From contig JAZNBM010000142.1 of the NCBI GenBank assembly GCA_045587045.1, positions 3,163-67,162 on the forward strand: DNA of 64,000 bases, given 5' to 3'. The notes below the pieces were generated by a model. The model was given only the letters and a program-made list of their open reading frames with translations. It was not told the DNA's origin and did no database searches. Below, one piece after another: positions 37,580 through 47,850 of the stretch (the stretch's first letter is position 1; each line of letters starts with the position of its first letter). The translations under genes and the position numbers were made by a program. Source of the DNA: Acutalibacteraceae bacterium (lineage in GTDB: Bacteria; Bacillota; Clostridia; Oscillospirales; Acutalibacteraceae).

Positions 37580-40192
37580 TTATCTGTTCATCATTCCGTG
37601 ATATACACCCATCCAGTAAGGCAGAGTGTACGTGGTTGAAGCCTCCATACAAGGGGGGTTATAGTAGATATCAAGATGGTAAGAGCTGATATTATATTTT
37701 GTAAATGCTCTTTCGTCAGGTGCGGCAACCGCCCAGTCAAGATTTGCCAATTTAAGCACAATGCCGATAATATCGGTTATCTTCGCATTCTCACCGAGCA
37801 AAGGCAGAGACCCGTCTTTGCCGATGCGGTAACTCAGACTCTCGTTGAAATTCAGTCCGTAATCCCTTAGCCTGACCTCAGCAATATCATCGCGGTTATT
37901 GTTTGTTGCGCTGTATTTTCTTGTATCCGCCGGGTGCCTGCTGAGCGACCACGCCGCCGTTTCAAGCAGGTTATTGCCGTAAGCATCAGTCAGTTTTTTG
38001 TCGGGATAAGCCAACTGATATATGTAGTACCAGAGCGGATTTTCACTGTACTGTATTGACACCCACCAGTCGTCAATCGCCTGACGGTAATATTTCAGTA
38101 TTTTTTCATTGTTTTCGAGCTGGAAAAGCGAATAGAAACCGAGCATAGCCATCTCTTCGCTCGAATAGTTGACGATGAATCTGTAAACCGTTTCAACAAG
38201 CTTTGTATTCTGCAAAGCTCCCACAACGTTGCCCAGCAGATGGATTGTGGCATCGCCAACGGTGTATTTTGCCGCCATCATCATACGCTCATGGTGCTGT
38301 GCGGCAACCTTTGCATATTCATAAGCAGGGTCAAGCGCCGCCATACGGTATTCGTTTTCCCATTTTTCATAGCCTGTAATGTATGCCGCCGTTTTGAAAA
38401 TATCAAGCAAAACCATTGCATGAAGCGAGCTTTCGGCAACGGAACAGCCTGCGTTAAACAGCGTTCTGCCAAAGTTTGACCACGTTGAGGGCTGACCCGT
38501 TCCGTCGCAAAGCATATAGCTGTTGTCGCTCAGGTGCTGTGCAAGGTTATCAACCGCATTCACAAGAAGCGCCTTTATTTCAGGGTCTTCGGGAGCAATA
38601 ATATCATAAATCAACTTAAAGATAAACATATGACCAACAAGCTCGTCTGCACTGGTATCTGTTTTATAAATGATATCCTCAGGTTTAATGCCATCGCCCA
38701 AAAGATCGTTCCACAGACGTTCGGGAACTTTGCCTGACGCATCAACCTTTACGCCGCGAAGGTTTTCGCCGTTAATAAGATAGCCGTTTTCGGCCACAGA
38801 CTTGTCGGAAGCACCCGTTGCCGTGCCGTCAGCATTGACAGACCAATAGATATTGTCATGCAAAACCATATTGTCACTCTTGAGTGTGAACGTTCTGGCA
38901 GGATATCCTTCAAGCAGACGCGTCTGCTTTTCATACTCTTTGTCGGGGTTTGCGGCAGGGTCAGACCAATCAGAAGGCGAAACGGGATAATAATAATCCT
39001 TGCTCTCAATCTTTGCAGAAGAGCTTGTCAGAGTGTACGCAGTGTTTGCCTGACTGAAGGTTGCAGCAGGACTTGTTGACGGAGTTACAAACGAGGGATT
39101 CCCGCCTTTTTCAAGAGCTGCCGCAGACTGCCAGCGGTCAACCGTTGTGCCGGGAATATTCTGCGTTGTCTGCATTCTCACATATGCCTCGGTTGTTCCC
39201 GTGCGCATTGAAATATAATAGAGCAAAAGCACAGCTTCCGCCGAGCTGTAAGCCGCCGCTTTTGCCGCGGCAATTTCTTCGGGAGTTGCGTTGGGGTCGT
39301 TCTTTACGGTTGCATATCGCATAAGCTCGCCTGCGCCGTACATTGACGTCCACAGACCGTCATTATCGCTCCAATAGCTCTTCCAGCCGTCACCGTAATT
39401 AAAAGCACAGTCAACCAGACCGAAACGGCTGACAAACCGCTGTGTTGCATCACTCAGATACGTTGCCTTGAATTCGGCTGATGCCTGCACCATTTCGATG
39501 TGCGTAACGCCGCCCTGCATAACGGTCCAGATACCGTTGCCGCCGTCGCTCACAATCGCAAGAACGTTGCCCTTTGACGTATCTCTTGAATAAAAATATC
39601 TGTCACCCATAAAGCGCTGTTCAACATCGCGCTCTGTGGGTGCGTTTTTATCTTTACGCAAAACGCCGTAATCCGTTATCTGCCAGGTTGCTCCGTCTGC
39701 GGTAACCGCCGTCTGATATGCGGAATAATCGCTTATTGACGAAACGTAATCTGGAATCTCGGGACTGCCGTGAGGATATCTTGAAACAACCTTTTGCAGG
39801 TTTGCAACCTCATCAACACCCGTACCGCCGTAGTTGGTTTTCAGTGTGCTTCTGTTTTCAAGCATTGTGGGTGTTTCAACAACGTTAAGCTCCACGCTGT
39901 CTGAAAAACCGTTGCCTTTTGCCGTGACCTTCGCTTTGCCCACGGCAAGAGCCGTCACTCTTCCCCACTTGTCAACCGATGCAACATTTTCAGGCTCTGC
40001 GGTCCATTCGAGGCGTCGGTCCGTTATTTTGTCGGCAAAAACGCACTCAAGCGTGCGGCTGTCACCGATGCAGAGCTCCCAGTTTTCAGGCACAACAATA
40101 CGAAGCTTTTCCGCACCGGGAACAATACCCGTCAGAAGTGATGAAAACATAAGCCACAGTGAAATAAAAAATGATATTATACGGTTTAACAT
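37580..40192 (-). CDS. Secreted Ig-like (Big_2) domain protein with a large uncharacterised enzyme-like domain
   Basis: Hydrophobic N-terminus; WTAEPENVASVDKWGRVTALAVGKAKVTA (Big_2); SDNDGLWTSMY and TSADELVGH motifs. Confidence 0.7.
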   Translation of the reverse strand: MLNRIISFFISLWLMFSSLLTGIVPGAEKLRIVVPENWELCIGDSRTLECVFADKITDRRLEWTAEPENVASVDKWGRVTALAVGKAKVTAKGNGFSDSVELNVVETPTMLENRSTLKTNYGGTGVDEVANLQKVVSRYPHGSPEIPDYVSSISDYSAYQTAVTADGATWQITDYGVLRKDKNAPTERDVEQRFMGDRYFYSRDTSKGNVLAIVSDGGNGIWTVMQGGVTHIEMVQASAEFKATYLSDATQRFVSRFGLVDCAFNYGDGWKSYWSDNDGLWTSMYGAGELMRYATVKNDPNATPEEIAAAKAAAYSSAEAVLLLYYISMRTGTTEAYVRMQTTQNIPGTTVDRWQSAAALEKGGNPSFVTPSTSPAATFSQANTAYTLTSSSAKIESKDYYYPVSPSDWSDPAANPDKEYEKQTRLLEGYPARTFTLKSDNMVLHDNIYWSVNADGTATGASDKSVAENGYLINGENLRGVKVDASGKVPERLWNDLLGDGIKPEDIIYKTDTSADELVGHMFIFKLIYDIIAPEDPEIKALLVNAVDNLAQHLSDNSYMLCDGTGQPSTWSNFGRTLFNAGCSVAESSLHAMVLLDIFKTAAYITGYEKWENEYRMAALDPAYEYAKVAAQHHERMMMAAKYTVGDATIHLLGNVVGALQNTKLVETVYRFIVNYSSEEMAMLGFYSLFQLENNEKILKYYRQAIDDWWVSIQYSENPLWYYIYQLAYPDKKLTDAYGNNLLETAAWSLSRHPADTRKYSATNNNRDDIAEVRLRDYGLNFNESLSYRIGKDGSLPLLGENAKITDIIGIVLKLANLDWAVAAPDERAFTKYNISSYHLDIYYNPPCMEASTTYTLPYWMGVYHGMMNR

Positions 40193-40313
40193 ATTCTATC
40201 CTCCAAAAATCGGATTCTGCACAAAACGGATTTATTTGGGGAGTACCTGCACTGAATAATCCTGCTTCCTTAATTGCCGGACACATTCCAGAGGCAAAAC
40301 CGAAAGCATCAAA

Positions 40314-41189
40314 TCAGTGTTTCTTTTCTTTTTTTGACCCGAAAAGGCGTTCAAACCAGCCTTTCGGTTCTTCTTCTTTTTTACAACAAAAACGGTTTCT
40401 TTTTTCATCGGCAGAGATTTTGCCGAGATATTCAAGCTTGCTGTCAACCGATTTTTTTGCATCAAGCCTTTTCTCAATTTCATCAAACGAAACGAATTCG
40501 TCCTCTTTGTAGAAAAAAATAAAATCTTCCTCATCAAATTGCAGTGATTCATTTGTCTGCTCGTCTGTCCAGGTGTGAACACACGGTCTGTCCCAGAAAA
40601 CCCCGTCTCTGATTTTCTTTGCAGGGTTGCCTGCCCAGGATGAATTGGCGGTAATTTTTTTGTTGGATACAACGCTCATTGCGCCTATAATGCTGCCCGA
40701 TTCCGCCTGAGTACCTTTCAGAATCATTGCAGACTGACCAACCCACACGTGGTCACCGATAAAGATACTTTTTGTGGGATTTATTCTCTGCCGGCTTTCA
40801 GCATCATATATCAGGTGAGGGTCGGCGTTTCTGACCCATATACCGAAAGAAAGCAAGCAATCGTTGCCGATAAAAAAGTGCTTCTGTTCGGAAAGAATAA
40901 CGTTCATAACACCGTTGAAATAGTTGTCTTTGCCCGAATAAAAAACGTTACCGTTATGAACAGTGACATTCAGCTTATAATCGTTATAATTTTCGCAAAG
41001 ATACACTATTGAATTACTGCCGTTAAACTTTATGTTTGTATTGTTCAGCCTGACTTTTTTGCCGCAAACCAGCACGTTGTTCCTGCCTGAAAAAGTAACG
41101 GAAGAATTAACCATTTCAGGCAATTCACCTATAAAACGGTTGCCGTTTTCAAGAGATGTAAGCATTTCGGGCTCTGTCACTTTAATCAT
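40314..41189 (-). CDS. Left-handed beta-helix acyltransferase (polysaccharide O-acetyltransferase-like)
   Basis: IGNDCLLS, DPHLIYD, IGDHVWVG, GSIIGAMSVV, AGNPAK. Confidence 0.85.
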   Translation of the reverse strand: MIKVTEPEMLTSLENGNRFIGELPEMVNSSVTFSGRNNVLVCGKKVRLNNTNIKFNGSNSIVYLCENYNDYKLNVTVHNGNVFYSGKDNYFNGVMNVILSEQKHFFIGNDCLLSFGIWVRNADPHLIYDAESRQRINPTKSIFIGDHVWVGQSAMILKGTQAESGSIIGAMSVVSNKKITANSSWAGNPAKKIRDGVFWDRPCVHTWTDEQTNESLQFDEEDFIFFYKEDEFVSFDEIEKRLDAKKSVDSKLEYLGKISADEKRNRFCCKKEEEPKGWFERLFGSKKEKKH

Positions 41190-41266
41190 TGTCTATCCTC
41201 CGTTAGGGTTTATGAATCTGCATTGTCAGCAAGCGCCGACAGACTGACCAAAACTGTGCATTTACC

Positions 41267-42445
41267 TCAATTACGCGAATCTTTGCAAAGCTGAACCACA
41301 CATTCTATGTGGTTTGTGTGCGGAAACATATCAACGGGTTGAATTGTTCTGACCGCATAGCCTTTTTTGATTATCAGCTGCAAATCCCTTGCAAGTGTTT
41401 CGGGATTGCAGGATATATAGACGATTCTTTCGGGTGCCATTTTTGCAAGTGATTCAATGAATTTTTTGCTGCTGCCTGCCCTAGGAGGGTCCATAAAAAC
41501 AACGTCTGCACTCTCACCCTCATCTGCAAGAGCTTCCATAAAATCGCCTGCGTCCGCACAAAAGAACTTTGCGTTTTTCATTGAATTACGTTTGCAGTTT
41601 GAAACCGCATCCCTCACCGCATCGGGGTTAAGCTCAACGCCGATAACCTCACCCGCGGTTTTTGCGGCAACAAGACCGATTGTGCCGATGCCGCAATAAG
41701 CATCAATAACTCTCGACTTTGAATCAAGCTGTGCAAGCTCCATAGCCTTGTTATAAAGCTTTTCCGTTTGCACAGGATTAATCTGATAAAACGATTTGGG
41801 CGAGATTCTGAAAACACAACCGCACAGAGTATCTTCAATATATCCGTTGCCATAAAGAATTTCTTCTTTGTCGCCAAGTACGAGGTTTGTATTTTTGGGG
41901 TTTATATTGAGCACAACCGTGGTTATTTCGGGGTGAATTTTAAGCAGCTCCGCAGTGAATTTTTTCTTCATCGGAAAATATCCGCTTGAGCCGACAATAA
42001 CCACCATAACTTCGCCGCTGGTGAAGCCTCTTTTGACAAGCACGTGGCGCAAAAAGCCTGTGCCCCTATCCTCATCATAGGTCCATATTTTGAATTTGGG
42101 AACCATGTTGCGGATATCAACAATAATTTTATCGGCAATTTCGTCCTCCGTCATACAGGAATCAACCGAAACAATCCTGTGACTGCCCGACTGATAAACA
42201 CCGGAAATGATTTTGCCGCTTTTTGTTCTGCCGAAGGCTGCCTGCACTTTATTGCGGTAGTGATAAGGCTCGTCCATACCTATTATTTTTGAAACCTTGC
42301 CGAATTTTTTGAGCAAGATTTCACACCTTGCCTGTTTCCATTTAAGCTGACGGACATAGGTCATATTCTGAAGCTGACAGCCGCCGCATTTTTTGGCAAG
42401 CGGACAGGCATCAGGGTTGGTTTTTAAGTTTGAGGTCTGTGACAT
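41267..42445 (-). CDS. rlmD: 23S rRNA (uracil-1939-C5)-methyltransferase
   Basis: CPLAKKCGGCQLQ Fe-S motif, YRNK, SFYQIN, DAYCGIG, DPPRAG, YISCNPETLARD, DMFPHT. Confidence 0.95.
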   Translation of the reverse strand: MSQTSNLKTNPDACPLAKKCGGCQLQNMTYVRQLKWKQARCEILLKKFGKVSKIIGMDEPYHYRNKVQAAFGRTKSGKIISGVYQSGSHRIVSVDSCMTEDEIADKIIVDIRNMVPKFKIWTYDEDRGTGFLRHVLVKRGFTSGEVMVVIVGSSGYFPMKKKFTAELLKIHPEITTVVLNINPKNTNLVLGDKEEILYGNGYIEDTLCGCVFRISPKSFYQINPVQTEKLYNKAMELAQLDSKSRVIDAYCGIGTIGLVAAKTAGEVIGVELNPDAVRDAVSNCKRNSMKNAKFFCADAGDFMEALADEGESADVVFMDPPRAGSSKKFIESLAKMAPERIVYISCNPETLARDLQLIIKKGYAVRTIQPVDMFPHTNHIECVVQLCKDSRN

Positions 42446-42461
42446 AATGCACCTCTTGTTG

Positions 42462-42513
42462 AGTGAATAGTGAAGAGTTAGCAGTTAAAGGTGGATGTTG
42501 CCCGCAGCCGATT
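42462..42513 (+). repeat. Solo arm of the heptamer-hairpin repeat
   Basis: AGTGAAT AGTGAAG AGTTAGC AGTTAA AGGTGGATGTTGCCCGC AGCCGATT, just upstream of the rlmD RBS. Confidence 0.7.
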
Positions 42514-42565
42514 AATTTTAAAGTTGTTATCATTATAACAAATTTAAACGGTTGCTTTAATCCGG

Positions 42566-43486
42566 TTATTCAAACATCGGTGTTGAGAGGTATCTCTCGC
42601 CGCCGTCGGGCAGAAGAACAACGATTCTTTTGCCTGCGTTTTCAGGTCTTGAGGCAAGAACCGATGCCGCGTGAAGTGCCGCACCCGAGCTTATACCCAC
42701 AAGAATTCCTTCTGTTCTGACCGTTTTCTTTGAAGCGGCATATGCTTCTTCGGTTGAAACGGTTATGATTTCATCATAAATCTCGGTATCGAGAATTCTG
42801 GGCACAAAGCCTGCGCCTATACCCATCAGACCGTGAGCGCCTGCTCTGCCTTCCGAAAGAAAGGGGGAATCCTTTGGCTCAACGGCAATGATTTTTACGT
42901 CGGGATTTTTCTCTTTGAGATATCTGCCCGTACCCGTGATTGTACCGCCCGTGCCGACACCTGCAACAAAAATATCAATCTTGCCTTCGGTATCTGCCCA
43001 GATTTCCGGACCTGTTGTTTTGTAGTGAGCGGCGGAATTGTCGGGATTATCAAACTGCGCCGGAATAAAACTGCCGGGGATTGCCGCGGCAAGCTTGTTT
43101 GCCTTTTCGATTGCGCCTGTCATACCCTTTACGCCGTCTGTGAGCACAAGCTCCGCACCATAAGCGGCAAGCAGCTTTCTGCGCTCAATGCTCATTGTTT
43201 CGGGCATTGTTATAATCACGCGCATTCCTTTTTGTGCCGCAAAGGAAGCAATACCTATGCCCGTGTTGCCGCTTGTGGGCTCAATGATAACGGATTCGGT
43301 TGTTATTCTGCCGTCAGCAAGAGCCGCCTCAAGCATCTCTTTGCCCACTCTGTCTTTCGCGCTTCCTGCAGGGTTGAGATATTCGAGCTTTGCAACAATC
43401 TGTGTCTGCATACCCTGCGAAAACCTTGCAAAATCAACAAGCGGTGTGCCGCCGACAAGCTCGGAAACATTTGAGTAAATTTTCAT
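42566..43486 (-). CDS. cysK: Cysteine synthase A
   Basis: KLEYLNPAGSAKDR, EPTSGNTG, GVGTGGT, GISSGA, PDGGERYLST. Confidence 0.97.
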   Translation of the reverse strand: MKIYSNVSELVGGTPLVDFARFSQGMQTQIVAKLEYLNPAGSAKDRVGKEMLEAALADGRITTESVIIEPTSGNTGIGIASFAAQKGMRVIITMPETMSIERRKLLAAYGAELVLTDGVKGMTGAIEKANKLAAAIPGSFIPAQFDNPDNSAAHYKTTGPEIWADTEGKIDIFVAGVGTGGTITGTGRYLKEKNPDVKIIAVEPKDSPFLSEGRAGAHGLMGIGAGFVPRILDTEIYDEIITVSTEEAYAASKKTVRTEGILVGISSGAALHAASVLASRPENAGKRIVVLLPDGGERYLSTPMFE

Positions 43487-43555
43487 TTTTTCAACTCCTT
43501 AAAACGAACAAGGTGATTCTGCCATAACTTTTACGGGCAATATTCAGACTTTATT

Positions 43556-45307
43556 TCAGGAAAGGTTCATCATACTCTTACGGTCATCAATATAGGGCTT
43601 GAGGATTGCATATGAGTGGCTCTGTGCACCTTTTATACAATCGCTGTTTCTGTTTTTAGCGGAAAATTCCTTTTCTACTCTTGCGCCAAACGCCTTATCG
43701 TATTTTTCGCTGCCCATTGAACCTCTTGCAACGTCAATCCAGTCATAGTCATCAGGATTTTCGTTCAGATAAACAATAAAATACGAACCGTCGGAGTTAT
43801 CAATTCTGACACTGTCGCCCTCTTTTCTTGCAGGGTCAAAAACCCATTCATCAATCTCAATAGCATAATCTCTGACAGAAACTGCTTGGTTGAAACCAAT
43901 TAATTCTTGTTCCATTCTGAGTGCCGCCGCTTTATTTGAACCGTATTGGATATAGGCTTCCTGTGCGGCATCGGCAGATGCCTTGTTTTCATTAATCATA
44001 TATTCATTCGCTTCGTATCCGTTGGGATATTCGCAAACCAATGCCTGATGGGTTGCAATTTCAAACGGTGCATCGATGATGTAAACAAGGCATTCATAAA
44101 CTGAGCCTTTGAGTAAACCGATGTTACCGACTTTGACATTGCCCTCAAATATCCATTTTGCAATATTCTCACCAAAAGCGCCGCCGATTGAATTATAGTC
44201 AATCCACAGATATTCCGTTGCCGTTTCTGCATCATAGACCTGGTAGGTGCTGTGCTTCTGTGCAAAAGCAAGGAAGGTTTCTTCGCTTACAACTTTTGCA
44301 AGCTCCTCTTCGGTGTAGTCGGTTTCTATGGGAAAAATTCTGACGTTGGCAACCTGAAGCAAGGGCTTGTTTTCGTTGTAATATTTGGTAAGCTCTGCCT
44401 GAGTGACTGCATCGCTGTGCTTTTTGATTTCGCTCTCTTGATACTCGGCAGCATAATATCTCATTACGCAGTGAGCGGCATACATCTCATATGTCATATT
44501 CTCGGCAACCTTTGCTTCAAGATATGCTTCAAGACTGAGACCGTTGTTTTCTGCGTTTTCAATTGCCATTTCATATTCATATATCATCTTCTGGAAAGTA
44601 CCGTCAGAAAGCTGAATCTTATTTTCAATCGCATACTCAAAAGCAGCAAAATAAAACTGCATATCCTCTATGGCATCGTCCGTAAATTTATCTGCCCAGG
44701 TATAGTTTACATCCTGGCTGCCGGGATATCTCTGCTCAGACGGAGCTTTGTTATAGTCAAAGCCCGTGGTGTTCATCTGTCTGTTTGCATCCATTGCAAT
44801 GCTTTCGCTCGTTTTTTCCGCACAGGCATAGTTATAGTACATTTCAAATCTCGGACGTGAAACCTGATAATTACCCATGCTCATTGCAACACCGTACTCT
44901 TTGCAGGCGTTTGCATTGTCAATCTCTGCCTGGTTAAGAATAACCGCAACCTCGGCAGGCATTTTAATACCTCTGTAATTTACGTATTCATAATCGCTGT
45001 CCGTGGGAGGGTCAACGGTTTCAAACGAATGCGTAACTGCAGGCTTTGCGGTAACGGTAACGTCAGGCAGGGTCGTGGTGCCTTTTGTACCAGTGCCGCC
45101 ATTATCCTTAACCATAGGTTTGATAACAAAAACGCCGAGCAGAATGACCGCAACAATCGCTGCAACGGATGCGGCAATTATAATTATTTTTTTGTTTTGC
45201 TGCTGCTTTTTTACCTGTTTTTTTCTGTTGGCATAATCTGCCGTTTTTGCTTTGCTCTGGTTGGCAGATGTTTTTGCTTTGCTTTTTTCATTTTTCTTGT
45301 TATTCAT
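43556..45307 (-). CDS. Membrane-anchored extracellular protein, SurA/PrsA foldase-like
   Basis: Basic N-terminus plus one TM; YYNENK, FLAFAQKHS, IAKWIFE, DEWVFDPARKEGD resemble Clostridial PrsA/SurA-like proteins. Confidence 0.6.
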   Translation of the reverse strand: MNNKKNEKSKAKTSANQSKAKTADYANRKKQVKKQQQNKKIIIIAASVAAIVAVILLGVFVIKPMVKDNGGTGTKGTTTLPDVTVTAKPAVTHSFETVDPPTDSDYEYVNYRGIKMPAEVAVILNQAEIDNANACKEYGVAMSMGNYQVSRPRFEMYYNYACAEKTSESIAMDANRQMNTTGFDYNKAPSEQRYPGSQDVNYTWADKFTDDAIEDMQFYFAAFEYAIENKIQLSDGTFQKMIYEYEMAIENAENNGLSLEAYLEAKVAENMTYEMYAAHCVMRYYAAEYQESEIKKHSDAVTQAELTKYYNENKPLLQVANVRIFPIETDYTEEELAKVVSEETFLAFAQKHSTYQVYDAETATEYLWIDYNSIGGAFGENIAKWIFEGNVKVGNIGLLKGSVYECLVYIIDAPFEIATHQALVCEYPNGYEANEYMINENKASADAAQEAYIQYGSNKAAALRMEQELIGFNQAVSVRDYAIEIDEWVFDPARKEGDSVRIDNSDGSYFIVYLNENPDDYDWIDVARGSMGSEKYDKAFGARVEKEFSAKNRNSDCIKGAQSHSYAILKPYIDDRKSMMNLS

Positions 45308-45330
45308 AGAAAATAATCCTCCGTAAAAAA

Positions 45331-45510
45331 TCAGTTTTGCTTTCGGACCACTTTATATTCGTCATAAGGAGTAAAGTACGGACACTCGAATGAGCCGCCC
45401 TGCATAAATCTGTAAAGCTCGTCCTCATCAAGATTAACTCCGCACTCGTAGCACTCATAATCTTCGTTATAATCGTAATATGCACAATTATCGCAAATTG
45501 TCGATGACAT
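45331..45510 (-). CDS. DUF6472-like small Cys-rich protein (59 aa)
   Basis: Not in the ORF track. Manual translation MSSTICDNCAYYDYNEDYECYECGVNLDEDELYRFMQGGSFECPYFTPYDEYKVVRKQN; RBS GAGGAG. Confidence 0.82.
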   Translation of the reverse strand: MSSTICDNCAYYDYNEDYECYECGVNLDEDELYRFMQGGSFECPYFTPYDEYKVVRKQN

Positions 45511-45558
45511 AAATAGCTCCTCTCATTTAACCTAACCGCAAATTTAAAATGCGGTTAA

Positions 45559-46062
45559 TCAGTATATGGGAATAATGATTTCTTTTTCTGTTTTTCTGAC
45601 GCCGTCCATACCAAGATCTCTGAGATGCGGACCGAAAAACAGACCGGGAGCTCTGCCTGTGGGATAAAGCTCCAGCAAAGGAGCCATAACAAACGCACGC
45701 TCAAAAATTCTCGGATGGGGCACGGTAAGCTCGTAGCTTTCGCTTTTGAAGCCCTCATAAAGAATCAGGTCAAGGTCAATTATCCTTGGTTCGTTCTTTT
45801 TTGTGCGGTGTCTGCCCATTGCCGCTTCAATGCCGAGACACTCTCCCAAAAGAAGAGCAGGCGAAGCTTCGGTTTCAACCAGAATTGCCGCATTGTAATA
45901 TTTGTCGCTGTCATCATCACAGCCAATCGGCTCCGTTTCATAAACCGATGAAGCCTTGAGGATTTTCACCTCTGACAAACGGGCAATCGCTCTGACTGCG
46001 GCGTTGATATTTTCGATTTTATTGCCAAGGTTTGTACCCAGAGCAATAACCGCTTCACTCAT
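45559..46062 (-). CDS. folK: HPPK (6-hydroxymethyl-7,8-dihydropterin pyrophosphokinase)
   Basis: IALGTNLG, SSVYETEP, PRIIDLDL, VPHPRIFERAFV. Confidence 0.96.
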   Translation of the reverse strand: MSEAVIALGTNLGNKIENINAAVRAIARLSEVKILKASSVYETEPIGCDDDSDKYYNAAILVETEASPALLLGECLGIEAAMGRHRTKKNEPRIIDLDLILYEGFKSESYELTVPHPRIFERAFVMAPLLELYPTGRAPGLFFGPHLRDLGMDGVRKTEKEIIIPIY

Positions 46063-46432
46063 TGCAAAAATCCTCCCGTTTTCTGTGAATTTCAACTCCC
46101 ACCCAGTCAAAATCGGCATCGATGGGGGCGTTGGGTTTTTTAAGTAAAATCCTGAGCTCGCTGATTTTTTCAAACGACTCAAAAAGCGACTGCGCAACCC
46201 TTTGCGCCGCTCTTTCGATGAGGTCATCTTTTTGGGCGGTGAACGTTTTTGTGATATGCTCGACCATAAGAGCATAATTCACCGTATCCTCAACGTTATC
46301 ACTCTTACACGGCTGCGAAATATCAGCAAACGCATCAACGTCAAAAATAAAATACTGGCCGTTTGCTTTTTCTTCTTCCATAACGCCGTGATGAGCAAAT
46401 ATTTTAAGATTTCTGATTAATATTTTATCCAT
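46055..46432 (-). CDS. folB: Dihydroneopterin aldolase
   Basis: AHHGVMEEE, DTVNY, LIE, KPNAPI. Confidence 0.95.
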   Translation of the reverse strand: MDKILIRNLKIFAHHGVMEEEKANGQYFIFDVDAFADISQPCKSDNVEDTVNYALMVEHITKTFTAQKDDLIERAAQRVAQSLFESFEKISELRILLKKPNAPIDADFDWVGVEIHRKREDFCNE

Positions 46433-47266
46433 TTAATCTCCCTGTTTTCTGAAAAGCACGTCGGCAACCCTTGCCGCCTGAACCGCGCCTGCAACATCGT
46501 GAACTCTGATAATATCCGCACCTGCCGCAATTGCCGCCGTGTGTGCCGCAACTGTTCCGGGGTCACGCAGAGTGCTGTTTTCTTCTCCGCTTGCAGTGCC
46601 GATGAATCTCTTTCTTGATGCCGCAACAAGAAGCGGAACGCCCTTGAATTTAAGCCACTCAAGGTTGCGGAGTATTTCTATATTATCCTCATAGCTCTTA
46701 CTGAAGCCAAGACCGACGTCAAAGCAAAGCTGTTCCTTGCAAAGGCCTGTTTCTGCCGCAAGGCTGAGCGCATCAAGAAAAAGATTTCTTATGTGGCTCA
46801 CAACACCGTCTTTATATTCCTGAACAATATCCGCTACGCAGGGGTTATGCATAACCACGTAGCCTGCACCGTATTTTTTTGCAAGCTCCGCCATTTCGGC
46901 ATTGAATTCACCGCTGACGTCGTTAATCATACTCGCACCTGCCTCAAGTGCCGCCTTTGCAACCAGAGGATAAAAAGTGTCAACAGACAACGGAACGTTA
47001 AGTTTGCCCTTAAGCGACTCAAGAGCGGGTGCTATTCTCTCCAGCTCTTCTGAAGCCGTAAGGATTTTGGCGCCGGGTCTGGTGGAGTTTGCACCCAGAT
47101 CAATCATATCCGCACCCTGCTTCTGCATACGCAGAGCGTGAAGGAGCGCCTGCTCGGGGGTGTTGAACTTGCCGCCGTCGGAAAACGAATCGGGTGTGTA
47201 GTTAAGAACACCCATAATATATGTTCTTTTGCCAAGAGGCAAAGAATAATCTCGGACTTTAAACAT
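46433..47266 (-). CDS. folP: Dihydropteroate synthase
   Basis: MGVLNYTPDSFSDGG, STRPG, SVDT, SRKRF, IRVHDV. Confidence 0.96.
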   Translation of the reverse strand: MFKVRDYSLPLGKRTYIMGVLNYTPDSFSDGGKFNTPEQALLHALRMQKQGADMIDLGANSTRPGAKILTASEELERIAPALESLKGKLNVPLSVDTFYPLVAKAALEAGASMINDVSGEFNAEMAELAKKYGAGYVVMHNPCVADIVQEYKDGVVSHIRNLFLDALSLAAETGLCKEQLCFDVGLGFSKSYEDNIEILRNLEWLKFKGVPLLVAASRKRFIGTASGEENSTLRDPGTVAAHTAAIAAGADIIRVHDVAGAVQAARVADVLFRKQGD

Positions 47267-47832
47267 CAGGGTCTTCCTCCGGTAAGCAACGACATGGCTT
47301 CCGCCCTTGTTCTGGCATCGGAACGCATAATACCTCGGAGCGCTGACGTTCTTGTTTCTGCACCCGAAGCTCTTGCACCTCGCATTGTCATGCAAAGATG
47401 CTCCGCTTCAACAACAACAGCTACGCCCTTGGGTTCAAGATGTTCAAAAAGAAAATCTGCAATCTGCGCCGTCAGACGTTCCTGAAGCTGGGGTCTTTTT
47501 GCAAAGCTTTCCGTTATTCTTGCAAGCTTTGAAAGCCCGATAACCTTGCCTTCTGTGGGAATATAAGCAATATGTGCCTTACCCATAAAAGGAATCAGAT
47601 GATGCTCGCACATCGAATAAAGAGGAATATCTCTGACTATGACCATTTCCTCGTTGCCTGTTTCGTTGAAAAGCTTGAGGTGACGGGTCGGATCATCCTC
47701 AAGACCCGAAAAAATTTCTTCATACATACGGGCAACTCTTGCCGGTGTTTCAACAAGACCCTCTCTGTCGGGGTCTTCACCGATAGCGATAAGAATTTCT
47801 CTGACCGCCGCTTCTATTCTTTGTTTATCCAT
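47266..47832 (-). CDS. folE: GTP cyclohydrolase I
   Basis: [36 protein letters not shown]. Confidence 0.97.
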   Translation of the reverse strand: MDKQRIEAAVREILIAIGEDPDREGLVETPARVARMYEEIFSGLEDDPTRHLKLFNETGNEEMVIVRDIPLYSMCEHHLIPFMGKAHIAYIPTEGKVIGLSKLARITESFAKRPQLQERLTAQIADFLFEHLEPKGVAVVVEAEHLCMTMRGARASGAETRTSALRGIMRSDARTRAEAMSLLTGGRP

Positions 47833-47850
47833 AAAATATCTGCCTTTCTC

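Noticed and set aside
45300-45485. 61-aa ORF in the track
   Set aside because: Wrong frame; the real gene is the Cys-rich ORF 45331-45510 with an RBS.
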